Assembly (NCBI GenBank): GCA_963815195.1
Contig: CAWFGE010000024.1
Span: 32,001 to 96,000 of the forward strand
Direction: 5' to 3'
From: an uncultured Planctomycetaceae bacterium
GTDB lineage: Bacteria > Planctomycetota > Planctomycetia > Planctomycetales > Planctomycetaceae
Length of the DNA stretch: 64,000 nucleotides
The position numbers and the translations under genes were made by a program. Positions 1 to 10,299 of this stretch are shown here, one piece after another; the first letter of the stretch is position 1; every line of letters begins with the position of its first letter. The notes beneath the pieces were generated by a model. The model had not been told where the DNA came from and searched no databases. It saw only the letters and a program-made list of their open reading frames with translations.

Positions 1-1
1 G

Positions 2-3000
2 GTCGGCGGAACCGGGGACGACTCGCTCGAAGGCGGAATCGGCGACGATACGCTTTATGCCGGCGATGGCAGCGACACGATGGATCCCGTGGACACGGGC
101 GATGACACGCTGTTCGGCGGGGAGGGGAACGACTTGATCTTCGGCGGCGGCGGGAACGATTCCCTCGACGGCGGCACGGGGGATGACACCCTCACCGCCG
201 GCGATGGCGACACCAGCCTCGACGGAGGCGACGGCAACGATTTGCTCGTCGGGGGAAGCGGAGAGGACTCGCTCGACGGCGGAATGGGAAACGATACGCT
301 CGTCGGCAACGAGGGAAATGATTCACTCGATGGCGGCATGGGGGATGATACACTCTACGCCGGCGAGGGCGACGACACCGCCGCCGCCACAGGCGATGAC
401 ACGCTGTTCGGCGGCGACGGGAATGATTTGATCTTCGGCGGCGGCGGAGCCAGCCTCATCGTCGGCGGCCAGGGCGATGACGTCATCGTCGGCCGCGGCC
501 AGGATCAATACTTTGGCGACGACCTCCTCGGCAACGGGGCAGGCATCGACTGGTTCTTGTACTATGCCGATGCCGATGTCATCCTCAATGACAATTCGCT
601 GGCAGTGGCCGGCCTTGTCATCCCACTCAACAGCTTTGAGGCGGTGCAAATCACCGGCGGGGAGCATGACAATCGTTTGGATGCCTCGGGCTTCACCGGC
701 AATGTGGTCTTGGCGGGTGGTCCGGGCAACGACAGTCTGCTCGCCGGAAACGGGGATGATACGCTCGACGGCGGGGCCGGCAACGACATGCTGGACGGCG
801 GAGCCGGCAATGATGTTTACACTTTCGGCGCCGATGCCGGCGGAAACGACGTCATCAACGAGGCCGCCGACACGGACGCCGACCGGCTCGATTTCGCCGC
901 GTTCCCCCAGCCGGCAACGGTTGACCTGAGTCTCACGGAACCGCAAGACGTCGGCGGCGATCTGACGCTGACCTTCAGCGACGGGAGCGGCTTGGAAGAC
1001 GTGTTTGGCACGGCCTTCGCGGATACCATCGCCGGCAACGACCGTCCCAACAAGCTGATCGGCAGCGGCGGGGGCGATGTCCTCGACGGCGGCGGCGGAG
1101 ACGACCTTCTGCAATCCGACTTCACCAAGCGGGTGTATCTGGATTTCGACTCGGCGACCGACGCCGGCGAGCACGTTTACGCGCAAGCAGAGCGCGACGC
1201 GATCCAGGCGCGGATGGCCGCCGACTTCGGGGCGTTTGACGTGGACTTTACGCAAACCTTGCCACAAGCGGGGCCGTTCTTCCAGGTCATGTTTAATGCC
1301 ACCCCGATCATCAACGGCATCCCGCAACCGGGCGGCCGGGCGGAATCGCTCAATTGGCGGCTGTTGGGCGCCTCCGGGACGGTCGTGGTGGATGTCAATG
1401 GGTTCCTCGGACCACGGCGGCTGCCGGGCACTTCCGAGAACTTCGTGGCCCTGTCCTCCACGATCGCGGCTCACGAGTTGGGCCACCAGTTCGGCCTCCG
1501 GCACCAGGATGCCTTCGGGCCGGTGGGCAGCGGGCTGTATGCGAACTTCAAATTCAACCGGCTCTTGCCGGCTTACCTCGGTCCGGCGGCGGCGGACGAA
1601 ACGCGGTTGCATCTGCTCGCGTCGCCGGCGGCGGTGGGAACGTCGCTCGCCGATGCCACCGGCGATCCCTACTTCGGCGAGCGGGAAAGCATCAAGCTGG
1701 CCTTTGCCGAGAGCGGCAGGTCGGCCCTTGAACTTCCCGACGATCTCAAGACGCAATCCGTCACCCCCATTGGGACGCAAAGGACTTACGCGGCTCAGGA
1801 TCTCGGCGATCTGGAGATGATGCAGGTGCCGATGGCCGACGGGGATCAGATGGTCGCCGCCCTGAATGTCGCCGGGGAGATCGTCCTCGATCCCGCGACC
1901 GGCAAGAGCGAAAGCGATTTTTATGCCTTCCAGGGCCATGCCGGCGAAGTGGTCACGGTTGATCTCTATTCGAGCACATTGGACCGCATCGCCAACCCAA
2001 TTGATTCGTTGCTGCGTCTCTATGATTCCAGCGGACGTAAGCTGGATTACTACGGCAGTCCGCTGGGAGCCTTCAATGACGACAACATCGAATCGACGGA
2101 TTCCCTGCTCTTGGACGTAGTTTTACCGGCGGACGGCACGTACTTCGTCGAGGTGGATACGTTCAGTTTTTATTCGCCGGAGTTCCCGGTGTACGAACCG
2201 AACTTCGACGTGGCCGCTTTTGCCGCGGCCAACCCGACCCACACGGGGGTGACCGACCGCGACCAGGGCCAGTACGAATTATTCTTGTACAAGACAATCC
2301 CCGCTGCCGGGCAAGCCGCCCTCGCGCTGCCGGCGAACGTCCAACCCGCGGGCGATGTCCTCATCGGCGGCCCGGGAGCGGACAAGTTCATCGGGAGCAG
2401 CGGCAGCGAACAGATCGTGGGCTTCAGTGCGGCGGAAGGGGACAGCTTCTCCGATCCCAGCGGCGTGGTGGCGTTCGTCGCGGGAAACATCGCCCTCAGG
2501 CTCGACACGACCGAGATCGACGAAGGGGGCCAGGTGATCGCCTCTGTCACGCTCCCGGGCGCCACCGGAAGCGAAGCCGTTCAGATTGCCTGGGGCGATG
2601 GGCAGTTTTCGCCGGCAGCGTTCGATTCCTCCACGGGACGGTTCACGGCCTCCCATATTTACGCCGACGATCCACCGGCCGGCCTCGGCGACCAGTTCTC
2701 TCTCATCGCGTCCATCACTTCGGCCGACGGGGTGGAAACCGTCGGGGCCATGGTGCAGGTCAATAACGTGGACCCCCAGAATGTCGATGTGCTGACCGGT
2801 CCGGCCGATGCCAGCGGCCGCAGCCAAAACCGCGTGTTCCTCGATGAGGGCAGCCTGTTGATGCTAACGGGCGTCTTTACAGACCCCGGCAGCGACACGC
2901 ACACTTACGAATGGAACGTGAATGGACAGCGGGTGCCCGGGGCGACGGGGGCGAGCTACGATTTCGTCCCCGCGGACAACGGCACGTATCAGATCACGTT

Positions 3001-4468
3001 TGCCGTGACCGATGACGACGGCGGAAAATCCAGCGATACCGTGACGGTGTTCGTCAAAAACGTCGCCCCGCGGGACGTGGTGATCGAAGGAGACAACTCC
3101 ATCGTTCGGGGAGAGCCTTCGACATTCCAGGCACACTTTAGCGATCCCGGAACGGCCGACACCCACACCTTTGCTTGGAGCCTGGCCAAGGACGGCGCGG
3201 GTTATGCCGTCGGCCACGGGGAGACTTTTCGAATTCACCCCCGATACGACCGGCGTTTTTGTGCTGTCTTTGGTGGTGACCGACGACGATGGCGGCGTCA
3301 GCCAAACGGCCTCCGTGAATGTGACTGTCGTCGCCTTTCCCTTGACGCTTTCGCTGTCCGGCCCCGAGTTGAATGTGAACCAGACCGGCTTATCCGGCGT
3401 GCGGGGACAGGAGCTCGACTTTCACCGGCGCGATCACGTTTCCGGGACCGCATACGCCCGAAACTCGTGCGGTGGGACTTCGGCGATGGGACCGTGATCG
3501 ACTTCCACTCGATCGCCGATGACGGCGTCTTTACGCCAACGCACATCTTTTCCGAGGCCGGCCAGTATCTGGTGACGCTGACGGTGCGGGACGATCACGG
3601 CGTCGAGACCTCGATCTCCGGCCGGATCACCATCGCCGAAATGGCGCTTCAGCACGATCCGCTTAACGTCGGCCAATTCACCTTGGCCGTCGGCGGGACG
3701 ATGGGGGCGGATACCATCCTTCTCACGGGCAACCTCTCGCAACAGGAGCTGAGCGGATCGTTGACCGCCATAGTCATCTCGCCGCTCTCGTCGTCCACTG
3801 GGAGTTTGGAGACGCGCGTGGGGGTGTTCCAGGCGACCGCGACCGGCGGATTCGATGCGGAATTTACCCGCTCGATTGACGGAGTCGCCATCGAGACCAC
3901 AACCGGGCACTTCGCCGTTCCGGGGGCGCTCCTCTCCCGGCTTTTGGTCTTCGCCGGGGCCGGGGATGACGATGTCCAGGTCAGCGGCAATATCGGGATC
4001 TCGGCCTGGCTGTATGGCGGTGACGGGAACGATCGTCTCAAAGGCGGGGCAGGCAATGATGTCCTCCTGGGCGGAGCGGGAGACGACCTGGTTCAGGGCG
4101 GATCCGGCCGAGACCTGGAAATTGGCGGCCGAGGCGCGGACCGGATTGTGGGCAATGCCGACGATGACATTCTGATCGCCGGGTACACGATCTATGACCA
4201 CGATGAAGCCGATTTGAACCAAATCATGATCGAATGGACCAAAATCGGCGCGACGTATGACGAGCGACTCCAGGCGTTAACCGATCCAACCGCAGCGGTC
4301 GTGCTGGATCAAAACACCGTGAGCCGCGACGGCGAAGCCGACGTGTTAACGGGTTCCTCCGGCGACGACTGGTTCTGGTTCGATTTCAATCAAGACAGCG
4401 ACCGCGCGACGGACCTCAAGGATGAAGCTTTCGCCGGCGATTTGGATTGGCTATTCCTGGAGATTTAA
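2..4468 (+). CDS. Giant secreted Ca-binding RTX-repeat protein with metzincin-type protease motif, PPC-like and PKD domains (5' end outside window; compensating frameshifts ~3230-3465)
   Basis: Many GGxGxDxLxG nonapeptides at both ends. HELGHQFGLRH at 1472-1504, 'DSLLRLYDSSG..AFNDD' PPC-like segment and PKD motifs (WDFGDG, VTLTVRDD). Between ~3230 and 3465 the PKD-like reading (FEFTPDTTGVFVLSLVVTDDDGG) lies in another frame. Confidence 0.85.
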   Translation, partial: VGGTGDDSLEGGIGDDTLYAGDGSDTMDPVDTGDDTLFGGEGNDLIFGGGGNDSLDGGTGDDTLTAGDGDTSLDGGDGNDLLVGGSGEDSLDGGMGNDTLVGNEGNDSLDGGMGDDTLYAGEGDDTAAATGDDTLFGGDGNDLIFGGGGASLIVGGQGDDVIVGRGQDQYFGDDLLGNGAGIDWFLYYADADVILNDNSLAVAGLVIPLNSFEAVQITGGEHDNRLDASGFTGNVVLAGGPGNDSLLAGNGDDTLDGGAGNDMLDGGAGNDVYTFGADAGGNDVINEAADTDADRLDFAAFPQPATVDLSLTEPQDVGGDLTLTFSDGSGLEDVFGTAFADTIAGNDRPNKLIGSGGGDVLDGGGGDDLLQSDFTKRVYLDFDSATDAGEHVYAQAERDAIQARMAADFGAFDVDFTQTLPQAGPFFQVMFNATPIINGIPQPGGRAESLNWRLLGASGTVVVDVNGFLGPRRLPGTSENFVALSSTIAAHELGHQFGLRHQDAFGPVGSGLYANFKFNRLLPAYLGPAAADETRLHLLASPAAVGTSLADATGDPYFGERESIKLAFAESGRSALELPDDLKTQSVTPIGTQRTYAAQDLGDLEMMQVPMADGDQMVAALNVAGEIVLDPATGKSESDFYAFQGHAGEVVTVDLYSSTLDRIANPIDSLLRLYDSSGRKLDYYGSPLGAFNDDNIESTDSLLLDVVLPADGTYFVEVDTFSFYSPEFPVYEPNFDVAAFAAANPTHTGVTDRDQGQYELFLYKTIPAAGQAALALPANVQPAGDVLIGGPGADKFIGSSGSEQIVGFSAAEGDSFSDPSGVVAFVAGNIALRLDTTEIDEGGQVIASVTLPGATGSEAVQIAWGDGQFSPAAFDSSTGRFTASHIYADDPPAGLGDQFSLIASITSADGVETVGAMVQVNNVDPQNVDVLTGPADASGRSQNRVFLDEGSLLMLTGVFTDPGSDTHTYEWNVNGQRVPGATGASYDFVPADNGTYQITFAVTDDDGGKSSDTVTVFVKNVAPRDVVIEGDNSIVRGEPSTFQAHFSDPGTADTHTFAWSLAKDGAGYAVGHGETFRIHPRYDRRFCAVFGGDRRRWRRQPNGLRECDCRRLSLDAFAVRPRVECEPDRLIRRAGTGARLSPARSRFRDRIRPKLVRWDFGDGTVIDFHSIADDGVFTPTHIFSEAGQYLVTLTVRDDHGVETSISGRITIAEMALQHDPLNVGQFTLAVGGTMGADTILLTGNLSQQELSGSLTAIVISPLSSSTGSLETRVGVFQATATGGFDAEFTRSIDGVAIETTTGHFAVPGALLSRLLVFAGAGDDDVQVSGNIGISAWLYGGDGNDRLKGGAGNDVLLGGAGDDLVQGGSGRDLEIGGRGADRIVGNADDDILIAGYTIYDHDEADLNQIMIEWTKIGATYDERLQALTDPTAAVVLDQNTVSRDGEADVLTGSSGDDWFWFDFNQDSDRATDLKDEAFAGDLDWLFLEI

Positions 4469-4845
4469 AATGGCTAAGGTCGGTAGCGGATGCGTGTCGC
4501 ATGGTGCGGGGCCAGTTCGATCAATTCGTGCACGCACGGGGCCTTGATGATCGCGTGATCGTACTTGGCGTAAACACTCGGTCTTGTGGTCTTTTTCTGT
4601 TGGCATCTGCTCCTCCGAGGTATCATTTCACGAACTTGTCACGCACATCGAGAATCAACTTTCTAACATTGATGTCGCCCGACCGCGTCATCGTTCAGCC
4701 GCTCGTCCTGGCCAAAATAGAAGATGCCCAGCATGATCATAGGTGGGCCGGCCGTTTATAAGGAACTGCGCCCCTGAATCGAAACCTCCGTCCGCCGCTG
4801 CGGAACTTCGGTCGATTCCCCGACGCCTATGTCCGAAAAAACGAA

Positions 4846-5850
4846 TCAAACTTGGATTTCCACGACGAGAATTTCCCTCGGCGTCGCGATGGCGAAACGG
4901 CGGCGCTCCGGGTCGAGTGCCAACGGAGGCACGTTCTCCACGTGATGAGTGATGCTGCTGGTCTGTTTGCCGGATGCAACATCCTCCAGGCGGGCAACAA
5001 CTCGGCCGGTTTGCAGGTCGATCAGTTTGGGGTGCTCGTAAAACCCAACAACGAACTGGGGGTCGACCGCCATCAACGTGCCTGTCAATTCCGAGAGCGG
5101 GCGCTGCGAAATTGTCCGCGATTGGGCGAGATCCCAGATCGCGATCCGACTCGGGCGAATGAGGTTCGGGTCTTCTTCAAAATCCTCATCGTCCAGAAAT
5201 GTTTCCTCGCTGGTCGAAATCACAACGAAACGCCCATTCAGAAAAGCCGCCGCACTGATCTCCGACGATTGGGGTGGGCCGGGGACCAGGCGATCGAGAG
5301 ATTTTGGATTGCGAATCGCCTCGGCCAGCGAAAACACACCCAAGGCATCGACAGGTGCCCAAATCCAGCCGGCACTCAGGAAGTGGGAACCGGATGGACT
5401 AACGGCCAGGCGGGAATGAAAGAAATCGCACGGCTCGCGATTCTCGCATTTCGTCAGCCGTTCACCCGTCTCGACATCGTCGATTTCCAACCGGTTATAG
5501 GCATCTGGGCAATGAATCAGCACCTCCTGTCCGGATCCCAATGGCGCGATGCAGACCGGGAACTCGTAGGCGTTTGCGCAGTAGAAGCTGCGATTGATTT
5601 CCCGCAGGATTTGTCCCTGCTTGAGAATGACGCCTTTGGTGCCTCGTCGTTCATAGATGACGGCATAGTTCCCCGACGGTGACCCGCACGCCGCATCAAA
5701 TCGATACGCATAGTTCACCTGCCGTGGGACGATGCGACCGTCCAGGCCGAAGCGATTTCCGCCGGACAGCCAATCGACAAGGGCCTCTCCTTCCCACACG
5801 AGCGAGGCGACCCGTTCGATGCCAATTCTCGCCAAGATCCTGAAAGCCAT
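4846..5850 (-). CDS. Hypothetical protein, possibly a beta-propeller
   Basis: Protein-like ORF from ATG 5850 with blade-like motifs (SRLAVSPSG, IAIWDL, LIDLQTG). The upstream part of the 410-aa ORF looks non-coding. Confidence 0.65.
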   Translation of the reverse strand: MAFRILARIGIERVASLVWEGEALVDWLSGGNRFGLDGRIVPRQVNYAYRFDAACGSPSGNYAVIYERRGTKGVILKQGQILREINRSFYCANAYEFPVCIAPLGSGQEVLIHCPDAYNRLEIDDVETGERLTKCENREPCDFFHSRLAVSPSGSHFLSAGWIWAPVDALGVFSLAEAIRNPKSLDRLVPGPPQSSEISAAAFLNGRFVVISTSEETFLDDEDFEEDPNLIRPSRIAIWDLAQSRTISQRPLSELTGTLMAVDPQFVVGFYEHPKLIDLQTGRVVARLEDVASGKQTSSITHHVENVPPLALDPERRRFAIATPREILVVEIQV

Positions 5851-6225
5851 GAACTGAGCCGCCTTAAACAGGAATTTCAACGCGCCGTCGTCGCGTCCTT
5901 CCGCAAACTTGTTCGGGTTTTCCAGTGTGTGAGACCATTTCCGGTTGTCATCCTGCAACTTGAAATGGTTCCGAATGCAATTCGCCGCCAGCGTAGGCAT
6001 ATCTTTGGCACAAATGTTAAACTTGGTCTCCGAACGCATGGCTTCCTCCGTGGAAAACTTTGTCCTTCGTTTAGACAAACAATTCTCCGGAAAAGCCTCG
6101 CGTGCTTCGATTCTTCCGACAACAAATCATGGGTTTTTTGAAACGGCTGACATGGGTCGTCGAATGAACGTAACGGAAGAAACCCTGGTCGCGAGATTGC
6201 AGAAAGTGATTTTGTGAAGGATAAC

Positions 6226-6972
6226 ATGGGCCGCGGGATTTCCGTGGATTCGATTCCTGGTTTTCGAGAGCCGATCAACTCGTTTACGCATTTGATTGCT
6301 GCAATCCTCTTTCTGGGTTTGACGATCGTTCTGCTTCGGCGAAGTCAGGGACATCCTGGGCGAAAGTTTGCCTTGGGCATCTTCGGTTTTTCCAGCGTGA
6401 TGTTGCTTACGACGAGCGGCGTCTACCACATGCTCTGGCCGGGAAACGACCGAGACGTCATGGAGCGGATCGATGTGGCCGCAATCTTTATTCTCATGGC
6501 CGGCACGTTCACGCCAGCCTACGCGATATTATACCGAGGACTTGTCCGTTTTTGTCTCCTCTCGCTGATCTGGGGAGCGGCGATTGTCGGTATCGCACTG
6601 CGAATGACGTACTTTGCGGCCCTTTCGGGGTGGGCGGGGACAATTCTCTTTCTGATCTTTGGATGGATTGGGGCCATTTCCGCTCGGAATCTATGGAAAC
6701 GATATTCCTTCGCCTTCATTCGGCCTTTGGTTTGGGGCGGACTGGCGTACACATCGGGTGCGCTGCTCTTGGAGTTTCATTGGCCCACTTTGATCCCCAG
6801 AGTCCTCGGTCCCCATGAACTTTGGCATTTCGCGGTGCTGACTGGCCTTAGCTTCCACTGGCAATTTGTCTGGCAATTCGCCGATGGGCCGCCTGAGTTT
6901 GTGTTCGCCGACCGCGTCCACCTCATTTCCCATTCTCCCCCGATTGCGATCTCGAAGGAGACGACCTCTTAG
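6226..6972 (+). CDS. Hemolysin III / PAQR family membrane protein (copy 1)
   Basis: EPINSFTH, SGVYH, D-x-AAIF-x-x-x-AGTFTP and HELWHFAV motifs; about 7 hydrophobic helices. Confidence 0.92.
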   Translation: MGRGISVDSIPGFREPINSFTHLIAAILFLGLTIVLLRRSQGHPGRKFALGIFGFSSVMLLTTSGVYHMLWPGNDRDVMERIDVAAIFILMAGTFTPAYAILYRGLVRFCLLSLIWGAAIVGIALRMTYFAALSGWAGTILFLIFGWIGAISARNLWKRYSFAFIRPLVWGGLAYTSGALLLEFHWPTLIPRVLGPHELWHFAVLTGLSFHWQFVWQFADGPPEFVFADRVHLISHSPPIAISKETTS

Positions 6973-7369
6973 CCCCTTCCGTGAATCGGCGGGCAACTTT
7001 CTTGGGGAAAGTTTTGGGAATCCTTCAAACTGCACTAGCTGAGACGGAATCCTCCGCTACAATCCTTACACCGAATGGCATGGGCCTTCGGCGATGAAGA
7101 GAGCACGCCCAAGTGCCCACCTACTCGATTGATCCCTGAGGATCTTCTGCTCTGAGTCATTTTTCTCACGGCGATTCAGAATCTCCGTTGGCATTGTTCG
7201 AGACCCACCGTTCGTCAGCTTGTCTTGAGCCCGAACGCAAATTGTTGGGAAGTGGATCGTTCAAATCCTGCCGACTTGCTTGAGTCTGAGTTCGCTTCGC
7301 CCTGTTGACCACCTCCCGTGGTCGTGAGAATGGTATTTGAAGAACCCTGAGGGTTCGCAAAGGATGACA

Positions 7370-7651
7370 ATGAGTAAGAATCTCTACGTTGGCAATCTTT
7401 CTTTCCAAATCAGCTCGGACGATCTGCGCGAGCTCTTCGAGCCCTATGGCGACGTCCGCTCGGCTTCGGTCGTCACGGATCGCGACACAGGCCGCTCTCG
7501 CGGTTTCGGTTTCGTCGAGATGGAGAGCGGCGGCGATGCCGCCGTCGATGCCCTAAACGGCAAAGATCACGACGGCCGAGCCCTGACCGTGAACGAAGCC
7601 CGCCCCCGAGAACAACGGTCCGGTGGCGGCGGCCGAAGCAACCGCTACTAA
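7370..7651 (+). CDS. RRM-domain RNA-binding protein with Gly-rich tail
   Basis: RNP2 LYVGNL, RNP1 RGFGFVEM, 'LTVNEARPRE' and GGGGR tail. Confidence 0.95.
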   Translation: MSKNLYVGNLSFQISSDDLRELFEPYGDVRSASVVTDRDTGRSRGFGFVEMESGGDAAVDALNGKDHDGRALTVNEARPREQRSGGGGRSNRY

Positions 7652-7868
7652 GCCTTCATCAAATTTCTTTCCTCGCCCGGGGCTGGCTGATGCAGCATGC
7701 ACCGGACCGTCGCAACGGGTGAAAGGACCGCTTGAAGTCCGTCCGAGCGGCCGAACCGCTCGGTTCTCTAATAACTCTGAGTCGAACCGCCGCCGCGTCC
7801 TTTTCCTTCCTCGCGGCGGGGTCTCGTCTTGGTCTCATCCCCTTTTGAAGAACAGCACAGGTACATCT

Positions 7869-9203
7869 TTGACTTTACACTCCCATTCGTTTTCCGAACT
7901 CGATTTGGCCGATCCCCTTCACCGGGCGATTCGTTCAGAAAATTATGCCGCCCCCACTCCCATTCAAGCACAGGCCATCCCGCATTTGCTGAATGGGAAA
8001 GACCTGCTCGGATCGGCGCAGACCGGCACGGGCAAGACCGCCGCCTTCGCCTTGCCGATTTTGCATCAACTGGAAATCAATCGCCGTCCCGCCGTGGCCC
8101 ATGCCCCGTCGAGCCTCGTCCTTTCGCCCACGCGCGAACTGGCGATCCAAATTGCGGAAAGCTTCAAGACGTACGGGCAATTCGTTCGTTTCCGCCAGGC
8201 CGTGATTTATGGCGGCGTCCCTCAAGGATCGCAGGTCCAAGCTTTGAAGCGAGGAGTCCATGTTGTCGTCGCCACCCCCGGGCGGCTGATCGACCTGATG
8301 GACCAAGGGCACATCCAGCTTGGGCATCTGGAGACGTTTGTGCTCGATGAAGCGGACCGCATGCTCGACATGGGGTTTCTCCCCTCGCTCAAACGGATTA
8401 TCAGCGAACTCCCCACGCAGCGGCAGTCGATTTTCCTCTCCGCGACCCTGCCGCCCAAGATCATGCAACTCGCCCAGCAATTGTTGAGAAATCCCGTCAC
8501 CGTCAACGTGATTCCAAAATCCAGCAGCGTGAGATCCATCGACCAGCGCGTGCTGTTTGTGGATCGGCACGAAAAACGGGGGGCACTACAAAACCTCCTG
8601 AACGATCGGGCCGTTGAACGGGCCTTGGTTTTTACCAGGACCAAACGCACGGCCAATCTGGTCGCAGAGAAACTCCTGCGAACCGGGATCAAGGCCACGG
8701 CCATTCATGGAAACAAATCGCAAAATGCCCGGCAACGCGCCTTGGAAGCCTTTCGGCGAAAGCAAGTCCAAGTCCTGGTCGCGACGGATGTGGCGGCCCG
8801 CGGGATTGATATTGACGGAATCACCCACGTGGTGAATTTCGATTTGCCTCTCGAACCCGAAAACTACGTCCACCGCATCGGCAGAACCGGGCGAGCCGGC
8901 GCCCTAGGCATTGCCGTTTCCTTTTGCTGCGAAGACGAACGATGCGAGCTCCGCGCCATTGAACGGTTCATCGGCCAGGAATTGTTGATGGCCAACGGAG
9001 ATCCCCAGCCGGTTCGCGCGGCACGCTCCGACAAAAAACCGGCGAGCGGGAAGCCATCGGCTTCCAACCCAAAACCGCGTCGGCCCCCATCCAAACGCCG
9101 CCGTTCGACCAATGCTTCCGCGGCTGGGACGGGAACCAAACGACGGCGGCGCCCAACCGCCGCGGGCCAACCGACGCGTCAGGGCGTGAAGCCCCAAGGC
9201 TAA
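7869..9203 (+). CDS. rhlE: DEAD-box RNA helicase (RhlE-like) with basic C-terminal tail
   Basis: Q motif PTPIQ, AQTGTGKT, PTRELA, TPGRL, DEAD, SAT, ARGID, HRIGRTGR. TTG start at 7869 is inferred. Confidence 0.92.
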   Translation: MTLHSHSFSELDLADPLHRAIRSENYAAPTPIQAQAIPHLLNGKDLLGSAQTGTGKTAAFALPILHQLEINRRPAVAHAPSSLVLSPTRELAIQIAESFKTYGQFVRFRQAVIYGGVPQGSQVQALKRGVHVVVATPGRLIDLMDQGHIQLGHLETFVLDEADRMLDMGFLPSLKRIISELPTQRQSIFLSATLPPKIMQLAQQLLRNPVTVNVIPKSSSVRSIDQRVLFVDRHEKRGALQNLLNDRAVERALVFTRTKRTANLVAEKLLRTGIKATAIHGNKSQNARQRALEAFRRKQVQVLVATDVAARGIDIDGITHVVNFDLPLEPENYVHRIGRTGRAGALGIAVSFCCEDERCELRAIERFIGQELLMANGDPQPVRAARSDKKPASGKPSASNPKPRRPPSKRRRSTNASAAGTGTKRRRRPTAAGQPTRQGVKPQG

Positions 9204-9268
9204 TCTCCCCGTTTCGGATCGGAAACGGCCCGGAACATCGTCTCAAAGTTTTGAACAAGGAGTCCACC

Positions 9269-9454
9269 ATCGCGAAAAGCCAAAATACTTTAGAAAAGCG
9301 AAAACGTGAGATGGCCAAGAAAGCCAAAGCCGAAGCCAAACGGATTCGGCGCAAACAACGGAAGCAGGATCTTGACGGAGCCGATCGCCGCGACTTCGAG
9401 ACGGAACCCTCGAAGGCTGAGGAATCTGGCGGCCCGAACAACGAAATCTCCTAA
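9269..9454 (+). CDS. Small basic coiled-coil protein (AKSQNT.EKR.RE type); probable ATC start
   Basis: AAGGAG (9257-9262) lies 6 nt before ATC-GCG-AAA-AGC; Lys/Arg-rich helix. Alternative TTG start at 9251. Confidence 0.7.
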   Translation: MAKSQNTLEKRKREMAKKAKAEAKRIRRKQRKQDLDGADRRDFETEPSKAEESGGPNNEIS

Positions 9455-9523
9455 CACATTCAGATTCATTTTCTTGGTTCTGGATGTTTCTCGCGAACTC
9501 CCCGGTGATCGAAAAGGCAGGCG

Positions 9524-9742
9524 ATGAGCCCCGACCCGTTAGAGAAAAACTCGGAAACCTCCGTCACATCCGCTGCGCACCGCGACAGGAAAGAAGCGTT
9601 TCGGATCCTTGTCCAACTTCAAGATTCGGGGGAGACCGTCGCGGCGTCTCGCGCCCGCGTCACGGCTCAGTTTCACATCACTCACGAAGAATTGCGGGAC
9701 ATCGAACGAGAAGGCATTGCCGCGAAGTGGCCGCCTCTCTAA
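9524..9742 (+). CDS. Small hypothetical protein (RKE.F..LV..QD.G...IEREG....WPPL), of a type seen in planctomycetes
   Basis: 72-aa ORF with upstream AGG and a helical pattern ending WPPL. Confidence 0.75.
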   Translation: MSPDPLEKNSETSVTSAAHRDRKEAFRILVQLQDSGETVAASRARVTAQFHITHEELRDIEREGIAAKWPPL

Positions 9743-10299
9743 TCGCCCGAATCTCAGCCCCCCTTTGCCAATCGAGATTGGTCCATTCGTGGTGATGGTG
9801 GGCCGGTACTCCAGGAACGGAACGGCAGTTGCGGATGGCCGTTTACAATGGCGACGCGGACAAGGTTCGCGCGCTTGTGCATCCTTTCTTTTCGGGTTCT
9901 GTGAACGTAGGTCGTCTGTCGACGTCCGCGAGTTTGTGGAAGCGGGTCATTCCGGCGCGTTTGAAATTCGCTCGCGCGGCGGCGGCCCATTCCTTGTGGA
10001 TCTCTTAGGGGGTCAGATCCCCCACTACCCCGTGGATGTGTCCAACTCCGCCACGTGCTTCGCGCCCATCGATTGCGACAGGAACCGCGGCAAGCGGCCG
10101 TCCTGTTGCGGGACATCGCGAAACTGCCGATGGGCGGCAATGTCTTCGAACACCTCCAGGGCGTTCTTCTCGAAGTCATCGACGGCCAACGGGTCTTTTT
10201 CCAAGGCCACATCGTCCGGGGAACGCCTTGAGGTTGCCCTTCATGCGAGGAGACAGTGTTTCACCGGACAAACCGATCCTCATGAAATGCTGATTGCGA

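Noticed and set aside
323..1939. Long antisense ORFs (also 24685-26028, 26600-27991, 30130-31176, 58291-60279, 61648-62664)
   Set aside because: Shadows of well-supported genes on the opposite strand in GC-rich DNA; no motifs.
4455..4620. GGAGGAG RBS + ATG opening a ~50-codon minus-strand ORF
   Set aside because: No recognisable product and it overlaps the RTX gene end; insufficient support.
5851..6210. N-terminal extension of the 410-aa ORF or a transposase fragment
   Set aside because: No convincing motif; more likely the divergent promoter region.
10025..10245. Small minus-strand ORF (…DVALEKDPLAVDDFEKN…)
   Set aside because: Protein-like but short, apparently frameshifted and unassignable; possible gene fragment only.
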